64,000 nt of DNA, taken from assembly GCA_965153285.1 (NCBI GenBank), contig OZ229115.1, one strand, 5' to 3'. The notes beneath the pieces are model-generated. The model searched no databases, was not told where the DNA came from, and saw nothing but the letters and a program-made list of their open reading frames with translations. The position numbers and the translations under genes were made by a program. Below, one piece after another: positions 47,886 through 60,454 of the stretch (position 1 is the stretch's first letter; each line of letters begins with the position of its first letter). This stretch comes from Podarcis tiliguerta. Lineage: Eukaryota.

Positions 47886-49829
47886 ATTCAAGGCAACAAA
47901 CCCCAAAGCCACAGAAGACAAAATTCTAGCTTAGTAGCCAATCACAAGACTTTCCCAGGAACATAAACTAGGAGAGAAGCAGAGCTCACAAACCAAGACC
48001 TACAGCCTACAGTCCCCATGTAGTTTGAACAAGGAAAATACAAGTGGAGTTCCCCAAATGCCGTTGGTGACCACCTCACACTCGTAACTCATTTTTCCTT
48101 GCAGAATATGAAACAAGGCACACTGAGTAAAACAAAGAGAAGTGAGACACATTGTTCAACTCAGTGTTCGAAATTCCCCAAGTGCCAGGCACGTTTTACT
48201 ACTGGCACAGGTCCAATTGCGACTACGTGGCGATTACTGGATACCAGGTTGGCGACCATGGTTTAAAAAACCTCTGCCTTAGTCCATTGTTAATACCATT
48301 TTCCATTTCCACTGTGTGTTTTTCCTCCTCCTTGCATGCTAGGACAAGTGAATTGCTGTAAGAGCAAGCGATGTTGTTGAGATCATAGAATCATAGAACT
48401 GTAGTGTTGGAAGGGACCCCAAGGGTCAGCGAGTCAAACTCCCTGGTGAGTACATTCCGTTGTGGCGACCGTAACCTAGGTTTAAGGTGCCATTTGGTGT
48501 CTAACTTATATATCCGAGTTTCTAAGCCTATTTGTTCTAGAGGTACAGAGTGTTAACTGCATTTCATGAAGCTAAATGTTGTCCTGCATGAACCGAAAGT
48601 TCATCCTAGGATACACCCAACACTCTCAAGTGGTTGTAAATTACAGGGTAGGATCAATAGTGATGTGAAGGAACCTCCATTACTGATCTTATTGGTGAAG
48701 CTTAATAAACCTCCAGAAAAGCCCAAGGTTCCCTATAATACTCTGAAAATCACTGGTGCAGATTAAAAGCACTTCATAAGAACTAGGCTTAGACCTATAA
48801 AAAACAGAGTCTATAACTTGGAAGAGTATCTATGCTTTACATTAAATATGTTTAACAGACGTGATTTGTGCAGCCTACCAAAACAGTGTTGTATCAATTA
48901 GCCATAACCCCGAGAGACTAGATCACAACCCTGTAAGACAATTTCTAATTTCAGCAGGAAATCAAATGAGGTTCTTTGGGGGGCAATTTACAAGACCTTA
49001 TTAAGAAACAATTTCCAAAGAGTGTTGACAAATGAGATAATGTTTTTTCAAGGTGCACTGATTTAATCTGCTAGGCAAAGCAAACAAAATCTGGAACACA
49101 CATGATTGTGTTTAGCTTGTGTTCAAAGTATATGATTCAAAACCATAAAACAAAGTTTGGAGCACAGATCCTTATATGGGACGTATGCTTATCAATTCTG
49201 TGCTAAGAGCACCACTTTTTAGCTAACTCTGTTTTTACCATTTTGCCAATTCCCCATGCAATCCTGATGTCAAGATTGAACTGAAAATAATTAATAGATC
49301 TAGCATGAATTGTCACTGAGGGGATCCAGTCTGCTTTTTAAAACTAAGGGCTGATTTAGTAACTATAAAGTCATGGTCTATCCAACTATAATCAACAAAA
49401 TTCTTAATGCCACCAATATTCTCCCTAAGCTAATGGCTTCCTGTTGATCCATAAAACCCAAAGCTGAAATATATGTGCAGAAGCAGCCTTCTGTACAATT
49501 TTTCCCTTCTGAATTGTTTCTCCCAAATGCAAAATGATGCTGTACAGGCAGTTTATTTTGTTAGTGCCCTGTGCACCTTTACTGTGCACCAGTTCTGTTT
49601 GTTTGAACAAATGCTTATTTCCAATCCTATCGAGCAACACTACACCAATAACATTAGACATGTACCATTTTTAAACTATAGAATTCAGTAATACATTTAA
49701 ACATTATTAACACTTAGAATCTCTAGTAAGCACAGATTTTTAACTAGCTACCAAAAGCAGCCTTTTTTTTTTTTTTTGTTCCAGAGTGCTTATGAATGAA
49801 CTGTTACACTGTAACCCTATGAATAATTA

Positions 49830-49928
49830 GGCTGCAGTCCTGTACAGTATATACATACTTACCTGAGTGCATGTCCTATTGAATTTACTGAGGCTTACTT
49901 CTGAGTAGATATGTATAGGATTGCACTT
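49830..49928. mobile_element. Short palindromic MITE family (about 90 bp)
   Basis: ggctgcagtcctgtac ... gtataggattgcact; related copies near 12110, 27626, 52695 and 58360. Confidence 0.5.
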
Positions 49929-50610
49929 AAGTTTCAAAAAGAGTCTAGTAGCGGTGGACAAATTTACTTCCAAATAAATATGAGTAGGATTAGGCTGTAA
50001 AAGTTACACAAAAATCAAAGGCAATGTTAAACCTTTACCTAATATTCCAACTCCATATCATCAGACAATTATTTTGAGCTACTTTCATGCAACCCAAACA
50101 GCTAACAATTGGCAAAGCCTTGCTAATAAGTTTTTACAAAACAACCATCTAGCTGAACATTTGTGCATGCATTTCAACACCATAATGTAACTCAAGAAAT
50201 GGGTCTTGGCAACAATGAACCACATCACATATCTTCTAAGACTGAAACAGCTCAATACAGAGATACAAATCTGATTCTGGACAGTACATTTTCACAAACT
50301 GGCAAGGCCTCATAATTGTCATTAAGTATTAGGTGGGTAAAGGTTGTCACTCCTGACTTATGTACTGAAATAGTCCATGGCCATTCTCCTCTAAATGACT
50401 TCTGGACCTCTCAACATGCACTTCCTCTGGGGCAACAAAACACAAAGATAATAGGAAATTGTCAAACTCAGCCATTTCAAGTTTTGCCACTGCTTTTTGT
50501 AGTTATAGATATAACATCTCTCATACACACATCTTCTATACTGACCCTAATTCAGTGATAATCAATAATCAGGTGTTTCCATCCCAAGGTCCTTGCATAG
50601 ATTATATATA

Positions 50611-51001
50611 CCGTATTTTTCGCCCTATAGGACGCACCGTCCCATAAGGCGCACCTAGTTTTTTGGGGGGGAAATAAAGGAAAAAAATTATTTCCCCCCC
50701 AGGCGCAGGGTTGGGGAAGCCCGAGCTTCCCCCGACCCCAGCCCCCAAACAGGCAGCTCTCTGCAAGCCGTGGGAGCCCAGTGCTGGCTCCCGCTGCTAG
50801 CGGAGAGGTCCGCGAAGCCTGGGCGCGCTGAGCTCAGCGCGCGCAGGCTTCCGCATGCAGGCACCTCTCCGCCAGCAGCGGGAGCGCTCCTGCTGTTTGC
50901 GGAGAGGTCCGCGAAGCCTGCATTCGCCCCATAGGACGCACCCAGATTTCCCCTTCATTTTTGGAGGGGAAAAAGTGCGTCCTATAGGGCGAAAAATACG
51001 G
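50611..51001. mobile_element. Tc1/mariner-superfamily MITE (CCGTATTTTT termini)
   Basis: TA|ccgtattttttcgccctataggacgcac ... gtgcgtcctatagggcgaaaaatacgg|TA; CpG-rich interior suggests a young copy. Confidence 0.85.
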
Positions 51002-51289
51002 TACATAAACTGTTAAGTGTATACATAAACTGAGAATGAATCTTGGTAAGGCAGAACTATGCTATGAGTAGGTGGTAAACAACCTGTTTTAGGCAGGGCT
51101 GCACTACCTGTGAAAGAGCAGGTTCATAGTCTGGGATACTCCTAGAAACAGGATTGCCACTTGATGCCCAGAAAGCATGAGTGGCATTAAGTTATTTCCT
51201 GCCCAGCTACTGCTGGTTCACCAGCTGTGGCCATTTCTTGACTGACACAGCTTCACCAAAGTAACTTACCCTCTGATCATCTCCAGTTT

Positions 51290-52085
51290 CGTTTATTATC
51301 CTGTGATCTACATGGGGCTACTCTTGAAGACTGTTCAGAAGCTACAACTAGTACAGAATGTGGCAGCCCAAGAGCCAAGTGGGGAGGCTTATTGTAACCA
51401 TACAACAGTAGTTTTATGAGAGTAGCACTGGTTGCTGCTGCTGCTATGCCCAACTCAAGGTGTTGCTGTTGACATATCAAAACCCTGAACAAAATACCGT
51501 ATTTTTCACTCTATAAGACGCACCAGACCACAAGACGCGCCTAGTTTTTGGAGGAGGAAAACAAGAAAAAAAATGTTCTGAATCTCAGAAGCCAGAACTG
51601 CAAGAGGGATCGCAGCACAGTGAAAGCAGCAATCCCTCTTGCTGTTCTGGCTTCTGGGATAGCTGCGCAGCCTGCATTCTCTCCATAAGACGCACACACA
51701 TTTCCCCTTACTTTTTAGGAGGGAAAAAGTGAGTCTTATAGAGCAAAAAATATGGTACTTGAAGGAACACCTGTCCCAGCATCAACCTGCCTGGGCCCAG
51801 AGATCTGTAGGAACGATAATTCCGGGTGCCCATCATAGTTGATATATCATGACTCCTTCCCTGTGGTGGCACCCCAGTGATGGAACTCCCCTCCAATTCA
51901 AAATGCTACTATACACTTTTTAATGGCAATTAAAAAAAGCTGTATCACTTCATCAAAGTTTCTGGTGCAGTCAATCAGTGTTGCCCTTTAATAAGGGGAG
52001 GCGGGGGGGCTGCTTTCTACTATTTTTTGTGGAAATCGCCCTGAAGTACTGCCCAGCTACTGCAATATAGAAATTTGTTGAAATA
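51290..52085 (+). mobile_element. Old L2 LINE 3' fragment interrupted by a MITE
   Basis: ttgaagactgttcagaagctacaactagtacagaatgtggcagcc (LKTVQKLQLVQN.AA L2 motif) ... gtggtggcaccccagtgatggaactccc. Confidence 0.6.
51497..51755. mobile_element. Tc1/mariner-superfamily MITE nested in L2
   Basis: TA|ccgtatttttcactctataagacgcac ... gtgagtcttatagagcaaaaaatatgg|TA. Confidence 0.8.
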
Positions 52086-53322
52086 AAAAAAAAATTAACA
52101 AGTCTTACTCATGGACCTTAGAACTTGAATTCCAAATCTCCCTTAGAACGCAACTGGCTGGTCCAAAACTGCTAAGGCCCTCCGAGATACCACAGTTTTA
52201 AAGAAAAAGGCAACCAAATAAGCTATGACCAAACTAAAGACATCAATACAGACTGATAATGTGATCAAGAGAAGCAATGTCCTGTGGATAAAATTACAAG
52301 AGCGAAAAGTTCAAAGGACAAGAAAAAATTCCATGACACGCTGCCCAGTCAAATGGAAGTACCCTACCAAACAGGTTTCAAAGAAAATAGGAAACTACCC
52401 AAATATCATTTCTTTGCACCATCATATCCTCTCCAAACATAATTATGCCTCATGCAAAGGAATTTTAATTTTAAAGGCATTCATCCCAACAGCTCCAATC
52501 CAAAACTGTCCATATTCAAAAGACATTTTACCTTACAACCATTGCATCCATTTTGCTTACATGATCTCCTAGCACCTGCTTATTGCCAGCATTTCAGGTT
52601 CCCAAAGATGCCTTCATTATGGGGAACTACATATGCACTGCGGATTAGAAGCAATATAATTCCTGAAGAAATTCACATATATTTTAAACCTTAAAGCAGC
52701 CTATGCGCATACTTACCTGAGAGTAAGCACCAGTAGGAATTATTCCTAAATAACCATATATAGACATAGATAGCTGTACTGGACTTTTACATATGAAGAG
52801 CAAAGGAGAATGATATTAACAAAGAAACAGAAATAGAAGGGTCCCCCCCCACGCGCATTGATTCAAACAAATATAAAACTTGTAAGAGATTAGCATCAAA
52901 AGACCCATGTGGAATTAGTATATAGAAAGCAGCAAGGCAATACTCAGTTATGGCAGCAGTGATAGAAAGTATTTTCTCACTTGGAAAACTGAAACTTGAA
53001 GGCAGCACTTAAGTAACAGGCTTGACACAGAAAAGTAAATAGGCTACAATAATACTAGTGTGGCTTGACTGACCAGACACTAAGTATTCTACAGCGCCAC
53101 TAAATTATACCACATAATAGATAAAGATTTAAATACTGCCTTTGAGAACTATGGCATTCTCTCGAGGCAGTTCAAAATAACACTCATAAAACAGATTCAA
53201 AAATAAAATGCATAGTAATAACCACATGAAAACCAGAAATCAAATGACAGCAAAGATTAAAATTACAATGGCATTATGAATCAGTAAAAAGTTGGTGTAA
53301 ACAACCAGATTATTAAAGTGTA

Positions 53323-53548
53323 CAGTGGTACCTCGGGTTAAGAACGTAATTCGTTCTGGAGGTTCGTTCTTAACCTGAAACTGTTCTTAACCTGAGGTAC
53401 CACTTTAGCTAATGGGGCATCCCGCTGCTGCCAGGCCACCACCTCATGATTTCTGTTCTCACCCTGAAGCAAAGTTCTTAACCTGGGGTACTATTTCTGG
53501 GTTAGCGGAGTCTGTAACCTGAAGCGTCTGTAACCCAAGGTACCACTG
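53323..53548. mobile_element. Tc1/mariner MITE nested in a minus-strand L2 fragment (about 53140-53790)
   Basis: TA|cagtggtacctcgggtt ... aacccaaggtaccactg|TA; the flanking minus frame gives FKSLNSLGSGYLKDYL, a typical L2 KAL.GLGP.YLKD.L motif. Confidence 0.8.
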
Positions 53549-54379
53549 TACTTAAAAGCAGGTAATGAGGGAAACAGAAACAGTTCCTGTGGAGCCACAC
53601 GGCTTGACAGCCTGACAAACCTTACGGGTAAATCCAAGAGCAGGGCCTCCACAGCCAATCTTAAAGGCTGCTGCAGATAGTCCTTTAAATAACCTGACCC
53701 CAAGCTGTTTAGGCTTTTAAAAAGGTAACATCTAGCATTCGAAATTGAGCTTGGAAGAGCATTAGGAGCCAGTGCAGCTGGTGCAGAATTGGTGTTGCAG
53801 GCTCTTATCACATGGCCTTCACACCTCTTGTCACACTCTCAAGGTATGCACCTGGCCCTTCAAAAGAAGTGCAACCCAATACAGCACCAGTGACACACAC
53901 CTTCACCCAGATCACATTTCTCCACCCACATTACACCTGTCTTATCTGATCTAAATGCCAGCTTGTTTGCCCTCAGCCATCTCATGCTACCTCCAGACAC
54001 TGTTCAAGACTTCCGCAGCTTCCCTGGGACAAGCAGGTGATGACACAGCAGCCTTTGGCACAAACTTGGGAAGCAGTAAATAGTACTTTGAGCAACTCCA
54101 GCAGGAAGTGGGAGGATGTGCCTTCTCTCATTTTTAATGTGTAGCGTAGTAGTCTTAGTGCTGGATGAATACTAGTGAGGGCTGAGGTTCAAATCCCCAT
54201 TCAGTGAGGAACAGGTGAATGACCTCAGGCCAACCATCAACTCTCAGCCCAAACTACTTTACACTGTAAGTACAAAATGTGAATGGGGAGAACCATGAGC
54301 TCCTCAGAGGAAAGGCATGATATAAACAAGTTCAAACCTCTGGGTCAGTTCAGTCAACAGCTTCATTTAGACGCTGAAA

Positions 54380-54770
54380 AGCATGGGAAATAAGATGGAA
54401 TCCTGAAGCACCCAAAAGGCCACAGGGTGGAGCAGGTGTCTCTCAGCCCTACTTTCTGGGCTTGCCCCTCTAGAAATGGCTCCCAATTCCAGAAGGAAAC
54501 CATAGACAATGGAATCCAAGGCTACTGAGCAATCCAGGAGAACTAACAGCATTGAGTGCAAACCTGGTCGGTTCCTAGCATCATCCACCAGTGTGACGAG
54601 GCTGTTTCTGTCCCCGTATCAGGTCAGAAATCCGGCTGGAATGGATCCAAGTAATCAGCATTATCCACTACTACTTGGAATGCCCAGGAAGCGGTCTCCC
54701 CCTGCTGTAAATAAATTTGTGCGGTACTTAAAAGCATTGAAGTCCAAAAGTGTAAGAAGTCCGGGCCGAA
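54380..54770 (-). mobile_element. Decayed L2/CR1-group reverse transcriptase fragment
   Basis: LDPFQPDF.P..G.ETA and LLVLLDCSVALDSIVYGFLLE resemble L2 RT motifs LDP.QSGFRP..GTETAL and LVLLDLSAAFDTIDH.ILL. Confidence 0.6.
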
Positions 54771-55299
54771 TCTTTGGTGCATTGTTTCAAAGCGGACAGG
54801 CCACTTTCAAAGCAGGGAAACAGCAGCACAGCCTAAGCTACAGTTAACACTCAATTTTTGGTTGCTACCTGGGCCCTCTCTCCTTGTTTACAGGGGTGCC
54901 AACTTAAAATATGGGGGAGGGGCAAGTAAGCCCCACCACACACAATTGATCACATGACATGGCACCCACCCACCATTTGAATGGCAATGTTCATCACCTT
55001 TTTTGAGGGGGGCAGCCCCCTCAAATATTTTATTGGGGCTGCAGAAGGGGCCTTGTCCCCTAAGCGCTGGATCCTATGCGTCAGTTATCTTTGTCCTTAG
55101 TAATTCAACCAGACTCCTGGTCCTGCCCTTTTCTCGTTTCTTCTCCAGCAGCGCCCCATTTTCAGTCCCCAGAAGAGAGGGAGGAAACCAAAGTCAGGCA
55201 TGGTGCTGGGAATAGGAAAGAAAAGAGAGGCCTGAAGAAGAGGGATCTCCTTGCAAAAACAGTTCCTCCCACCCACCCCGAGACTCCCTCACCTTTTCA

Positions 55300-56200
55300 C
55301 CCGCGCGCGCCCGATCCAGCAATTGCAGGTGCTGCTCCTTCCCTTAGCCACACAACGCATTGGGGAGCGAGGCGGTGTGTGTGTGTGTGTCGTGCGCGGA
55401 AAGGTTGCTACGGCATTTCGCCTCCCTCTCCGGCGGCGCTGCGCGCATCCTCACCTGCGCCCCGCTGGCTCCCCTTTGCCTTTAATAAGCCCTATAGCAC
55501 TCGCCCAGAAGCGCGCGCCGCGCACCAGTGTCTGCAGCCGCGCCGAGAGAAAGGCGGCATCCCCGGACACGCCGCGCAAGGGGCCTACGCGCCCGACACA
55601 CGACCCGGTGCCCAGACACGTCTTCTCCCCTTTGTAGATGGGAGAAGCATTCCCCCTCCCCCGCTGCTCACCTGAAGTCTCACCGCGGCCGGCCGGGCGG
55701 CCCTGCCATCCCTCCTGGCGGGTCCCTGCGGCGGGGGAAAAGCCCCTCACACGCCCACGCGGCGCGGCTTCTCCGGCGGAAACGGCCTCCTCCACTGCTG
55801 CTGCTGCTACTGCGGCAGCCGCGACAGGCGCCCACTGCGGGATCGCGTTACGCCGGCCTCAGCCTTAAAGGGGCCGCCGAACCGCCGCCGCCGCCTCGAC
55901 GTTCCCAGTTGCCGCAGGGCGGGAAGGGGGAAGCCGGCCAGCCAGCCGCTCTCACCGCCGCCTCCTGGCCGCCCGCCGAGCGCCCGCGGCGAGAAGCAAG
56001 AAGCAAGCCCGCCTCGCCGGCCGGCCGGCCGGCTCCAAGATGCAAGCAGGCAGGCGGCAGAGGCGGCCACCTGCCTCCCACCGAAGGGCACTTGCTTGCG
56101 GGTTGTTGATGTGGGAAGCGCCCCCCCCCCTTTGGAGACGGGGCAGGAGGCGGGAGTTGGAGACGGACCCAGAAAAATCCACACACACCCCCGTCGCCGC
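55300..56200 (-). promoter_or_regulatory. CpG island with the presumed promoter and non-coding first exon of TLCD4
   Basis: Very GC/CpG-rich; candidate minus-strand donors CAG|gtgagc (55672), GCG|gtgaga (55684) and CAG|gtgagg (55455); 8.7 kb upstream of the first coding exon. Confidence 0.75.
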
Positions 56201-56481
56201 CCAAATATTTCACCTTATGGATTGACCCGGAGGGCCTGGAGATTTCTCACATGTATTATGAAGAAGGTGACACTTTTGCTTCCCTCTCCTCATACTGTCG
56301 AGGATGCGTGCGCCCCAACCCCAAATTTCACTGCTTGTTTCCCACCCTTACAAAAAACCTTATCGCCCCTGTTGTTTGAGAGCCAGCTGGGATTCATAGG
56401 CGGGGTTTTATGCCCATTTGGCAAAGCCAATTTGTCACCACATTTTAGATTCCCATATTTCCTCCACAAGGCTGTGTGCAT

Positions 56482-56605
56482 CAGGGGTGGCTAATGTGGT
56501 GCCCTTCAGATTTTGCTGGACTACAACTCCCATCATCCCGACCATCTGGAGCTGATGGGAGTTGTATTCCAGCACTGGCGAAAGGGCATCACATCACCCA
56601 CCCCT
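56482..56605. mobile_element. hAT-type MITE
   Basis: caggggtggctaatgtggtgccc ... gggcatcacatcacccacccctg with an actacaactcccatca / tgatgggagttgta core. Confidence 0.6.
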
Positions 56606-56713
56606 GAAGTATATGGTATTCCCTTCAACCACCTGCCATTTTATCTTCACAACAATCTGGTGAGGTAGTTTAGGCTGAGAACTCTCAGCCTCACCAGTCC
56701 TAGTCTGATAGAA

Positions 56714-57005
56714 TTAATAATAATAATAATAATAATAATAATTAATGTTTGTACCCTGCCCATCTAACTGGTTTGACTCAGCCACTCTGGGCGGCTTCCA
56801 ACATATAATAAAACATTACACATTAAAAGGCTTCCCCATACAGAGCTGCCTTCAGATGTCATCTAAAGGTTATATACCGTATTGGCCAGAATATAAGCCT
56901 CACTTTTTTTCCAAATTCCGACCGTGAAAAGTTAAAGTGTGGCTTAAATTCGCATCCTTACAAAAATTGGCTTTTATGATATCGCTGCTGAAACAATACA
57001 TTCGG
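56714..57005. mobile_element. (AAT)n tail plus L2-like 3' end (-), followed by a Tc1/mariner MITE (56877-57005)
   Basis: (aat)n then gtaccctgcccatct...cagccactctgggcggcttccaaca; TA|ccgtattggccagaatataagcc ... ttcgg|TA. Confidence 0.5.
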
Positions 57006-58575
57006 TAAAATGGACGGGGATGGTGATAGTTGTAGTCAAACAACATCTGGAAGGCCACAAGTTCCCATACCTAAACTAAAGTCACTTCCACACCACACAT
57101 TTAAAGCACACTTATTCCATTTTTAAGAGTCATGGCTTCCCTACCATCACCAAGAATCCTGGGAATTATAGACTGTTAAGGGAACTAAGTTGTTCGGAGA
57201 CCCTGAAGCTACATTTCCCAGGATGCTTTAGTGAGGAGGGGAGTCATGAATAAGAGTGGTTTTAATGTATGGTGTGGATTTGGCCAAAAGAACTGGTTGC
57301 CAACTGGTAGGTTGGAAGCCTTACCTGCAGTACATCTCATACAAATATATGGTCAAAATTAATTGGCTCCGGAATCGGGCACATTTAGAAATCTGAGAAA
57401 CTGTCATAGGCACCACCAATAAATGGCTGTTGGGGGGGGGTTGCCTAGTCACAAAATGGCTGCCAAGGAAACCTGCCTTGTCACAAATAACTTCCCAAGA
57501 AACTAAGTGCAAGACAAAATTATGAATTGAATCCCAATCCCAAGCCACATATTTGCTACGCAAAAGACAACAAAACAAAAGGAAAAGTGATGATGCTCAG
57601 AGAAAGAGATCCAGTCCAAAAACCATACAAACTCCATCACAAAAGAAATGTACAGGAATAACTGAACCACACACTCCCTCAAAACCACACCAGAAACACA
57701 AAATCCAGCCACCAACAATGCCCCCCTTGCAAAAGAGAGGCAAATTCCACCACAGAAAATTACAAATAACAGGCAAAATCCACCCCAGAATGCTAGCCAC
57801 ACAGAAAGAAAGAAGCAAAACACCCCCAAGGCATTACACAAACAAGTATGTGTGTGCATGCACATATCAAAAAGCAAGCAGACACCTCCCACCAAAGAGA
57901 CAAAACACTCCTTCCATTGCTTACCAAGCAGCAATAGAGTCTCCTTTCCTTTTAAATAAATAAATTGGCAAGCAGGTGGATAGTTAGGCATTAGCATCCA
58001 CCTACCCTGCTCTCTTTGCCTTTGCTGAGAAAAGGCACTCTGAAGAAAGGAAGTGGGTGAGGTGGCTGGAGGCCCGTACTTAGTTTTCCAGCCAATGCAG
58101 CAGCACCACCAAGAAGAAAAACTTGTAAAATTCCAAAACGAATTAAACATTGGGAGAAGAAGGAACTTCAACAGGAACCAAGTAGGGTGTCTGGAATGCC
58201 ACTGTGCCTGTGGGCACCATGTTGGGAACTCCAGATCTGTGAAATATGTAAAGAATGTTGCTTAGGGCAACAATTTTGGCAATTTTAAAGCTCACTATCT
58301 GCTATTTTGTAAGTTTGCTGAGAGGGGAAGATCTGTCTCTTTTATTAACATTGATTTGTAGCACAACCCTAGGCATCCCTTGCTTGGAATAAATTTCCAT
58401 TAAGTTCATTTATCTGGATGTGTCTACAGGATTACAGCCTTAATGGCTAGATTCACACACTGAGCTTAACTGCAACTTCTGGTTTAGGGGCTGAAGTGTG
58501 TGCTGCGTGTAGCAAATAGCGGAGAAACCAAGATTTTAGCAGAACTGTAATTTGGAGGGTGTATTTGTCTATATT

Positions 58576-58894
58576 GGCAGGAGCAGGGACCAAGCAAAGG
58601 GAGTTCACCCCGTAGCTGGGATTTGAACCGCCGACCTTCTGATTGGCAAGCCCTAGGCTCTGTGGTTTAGACCACAGTGCACATCAAAGTGCAAGTAGAT
58701 AAATAGGTGGTACCGCTCCGGCAGGAAGTTAAACGGCATTTCCGTGCACTACTCTGGTTCGCCAGAAGCAGCTTACTCATGCTGGCCACGACCCAGAAAC
58801 TGTATGCTGGCTCCCTCGGCCAGTAAAGCGAGATGAGCGCCGCAACCCCAGAGTCGTCCGCGACTGGACCTAACAGTCAGGCATCCCTTTACCT
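58576..58894 (+). mobile_element. Sauria SINE with an inverted 5' third
   Basis: 58576-58680 is the SINE head in minus orientation; 58681-58894 is the body and tail in plus orientation; 12-bp TSD tttgtctatatt (58564-58575, 58895-58906). Confidence 0.85.
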
Positions 58895-59059
58895 TTTGTC
58901 TATATTATTGCCCAAATACAAACAATAGTAACGAAGATCTGAGATCTTGCAGTTTAGGTCTTTTTTTTGTTTTATTAAGTAATTTTAATTCAAAATAAAT
59001 GCAACATGTCTGCATGAAAATAAATGGAGCATAATACCTGTTTATACATCTCTGTCTGT

Positions 59060-59161
59060 CTATCTATCTACATATATAGGTGTATGTCCATTCCTATCTA
59101 TCTACATATATAGGTGTATGTCCATTCCTATCTATCTACATATATAGGTGTATGTCCATTC
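59060..59161. repeat. Perfect 3 x 34-bp minisatellite
   Basis: Unit ctatctatctacatatataggtgtatgtccattc repeated three times. Confidence 0.9.
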
Positions 59162-60226
59162 CTGTAACATATGGAAAATGAACTGTATTGGAATTAGCAG
59201 GGCAAGTTTTAAATGTTTATACACTCAAATAACTTAATTCCAAATGAAAACATGGCCTGATCTAGATTTGCTGCTTCCTGCCCTGCCCTGCCCCCGGGAG
59301 ATACACTACTTTGCACAATCATAGTTGAATACTGTACTGTTAACTATGAGTTACCTTTGTTGACCTGGAGTGACTTTTCATTCCATGCACAACTGCTCTC
59401 TACCCATTCTCTTTTAGAAATAATGCAGCATACAAGATGTTTGCCTTTTGATTCAGACAGGGGCATCTGCCTGCCTTGAATATTCTCAGATTCGAAATGT
59501 GTCACTATAGTGAATGAATTTTAATTTGCTTCTAGGTGCTTACACATGCACACACACAGGCACACATCACAAATCAAATTAATTTTTAAAGAAACAAATA
59601 ACCTATACTGCCAGCATTACTTTTTCGGTAATGAAAATTGTATAAAATTATTAAATGGAAAGGGTAACCTTGCACAAGAAACTTTGGTAAAACTTCACTG
59701 AAACTATGTTTATTCAAGCCTACATCCCGTAGCCTTAAGGAGAGTTCAACTCCCTCCCAGGTTTCTGGACACCATGCTAAGATGGCCATCTTCTGGAGAG
59801 CTTTTGAGTTGCCCTTAATATCTAATTTTTATGTTTCTGATTAATGTAGCAATGTTTCTACTGATTAGTTCTTAGGAGGTATTTTGGGTTTTTTAAATGT
59901 AACTTTTATATGATTTTATGTTTAATACATCTTATCATCTACCTTGAAGAGTTTGTCGGAATAAAAAAATGGTAGAAGGAAGACAATGCAAACCAAAGCT
60001 TTATTAATCTGGACTCAATACACCAATTATCTGTATTCTGGCACTCTACACATTCATGAGGTTTGGAATTACATCAATTAGAAAATACTTGTGTTGGTAA
60101 ACACAAAAAACACCCAACATACCAATAAAGAAAACATTTTATCAAGTTAACCTGCTTACATCATCATATACGGTAATTCTTATCAATAACACAGCTCATG
60201 GTCTGTACCTATATATATTATATTTA

Positions 60227-60454
60227 CAGTGGAACCTCGGTTGTCGAATGCAATCCATTCCGAAAGACTGTTTAACTTCCGACAACCGAGGTGCAATGGG
60301 CTGTCAGCAAGTTCTATGGGGGAAATTGAGAAACACACCTCAAAAGCTGTTCAACTTCAGAGGCGCATTTGAAAACGGAAGCAATTTTGGGTTTTTGGCA
60401 TTTGGCTTCCGAATTGTTCAGTTTCCGAGATGCTCGAAAACCGAGGTTCCACTG
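60227..60454. mobile_element. Tc1/mariner MITE, related family
   Basis: TA|cagtggaacctcggttgtcga ... tcgaaaaccgaggttccactg. Confidence 0.75.

Noticed and set aside
55003-56494. Cluster of 100-200 aa ORFs in the GC-rich region
   Set aside because: Stop-poor CpG island giving overlapping low-complexity A/P/R/G ORFs on both strands; the TLCD4 ATG is at 46980.
57503-58171. 222-aa hydrophobic ORF
   Set aside because: Derived from A/C-rich low-complexity sequence; no family motif or exon structure.
59060-59161. CRISPR array
   Set aside because: Head-to-tail repeats without spacers in eukaryotic DNA.
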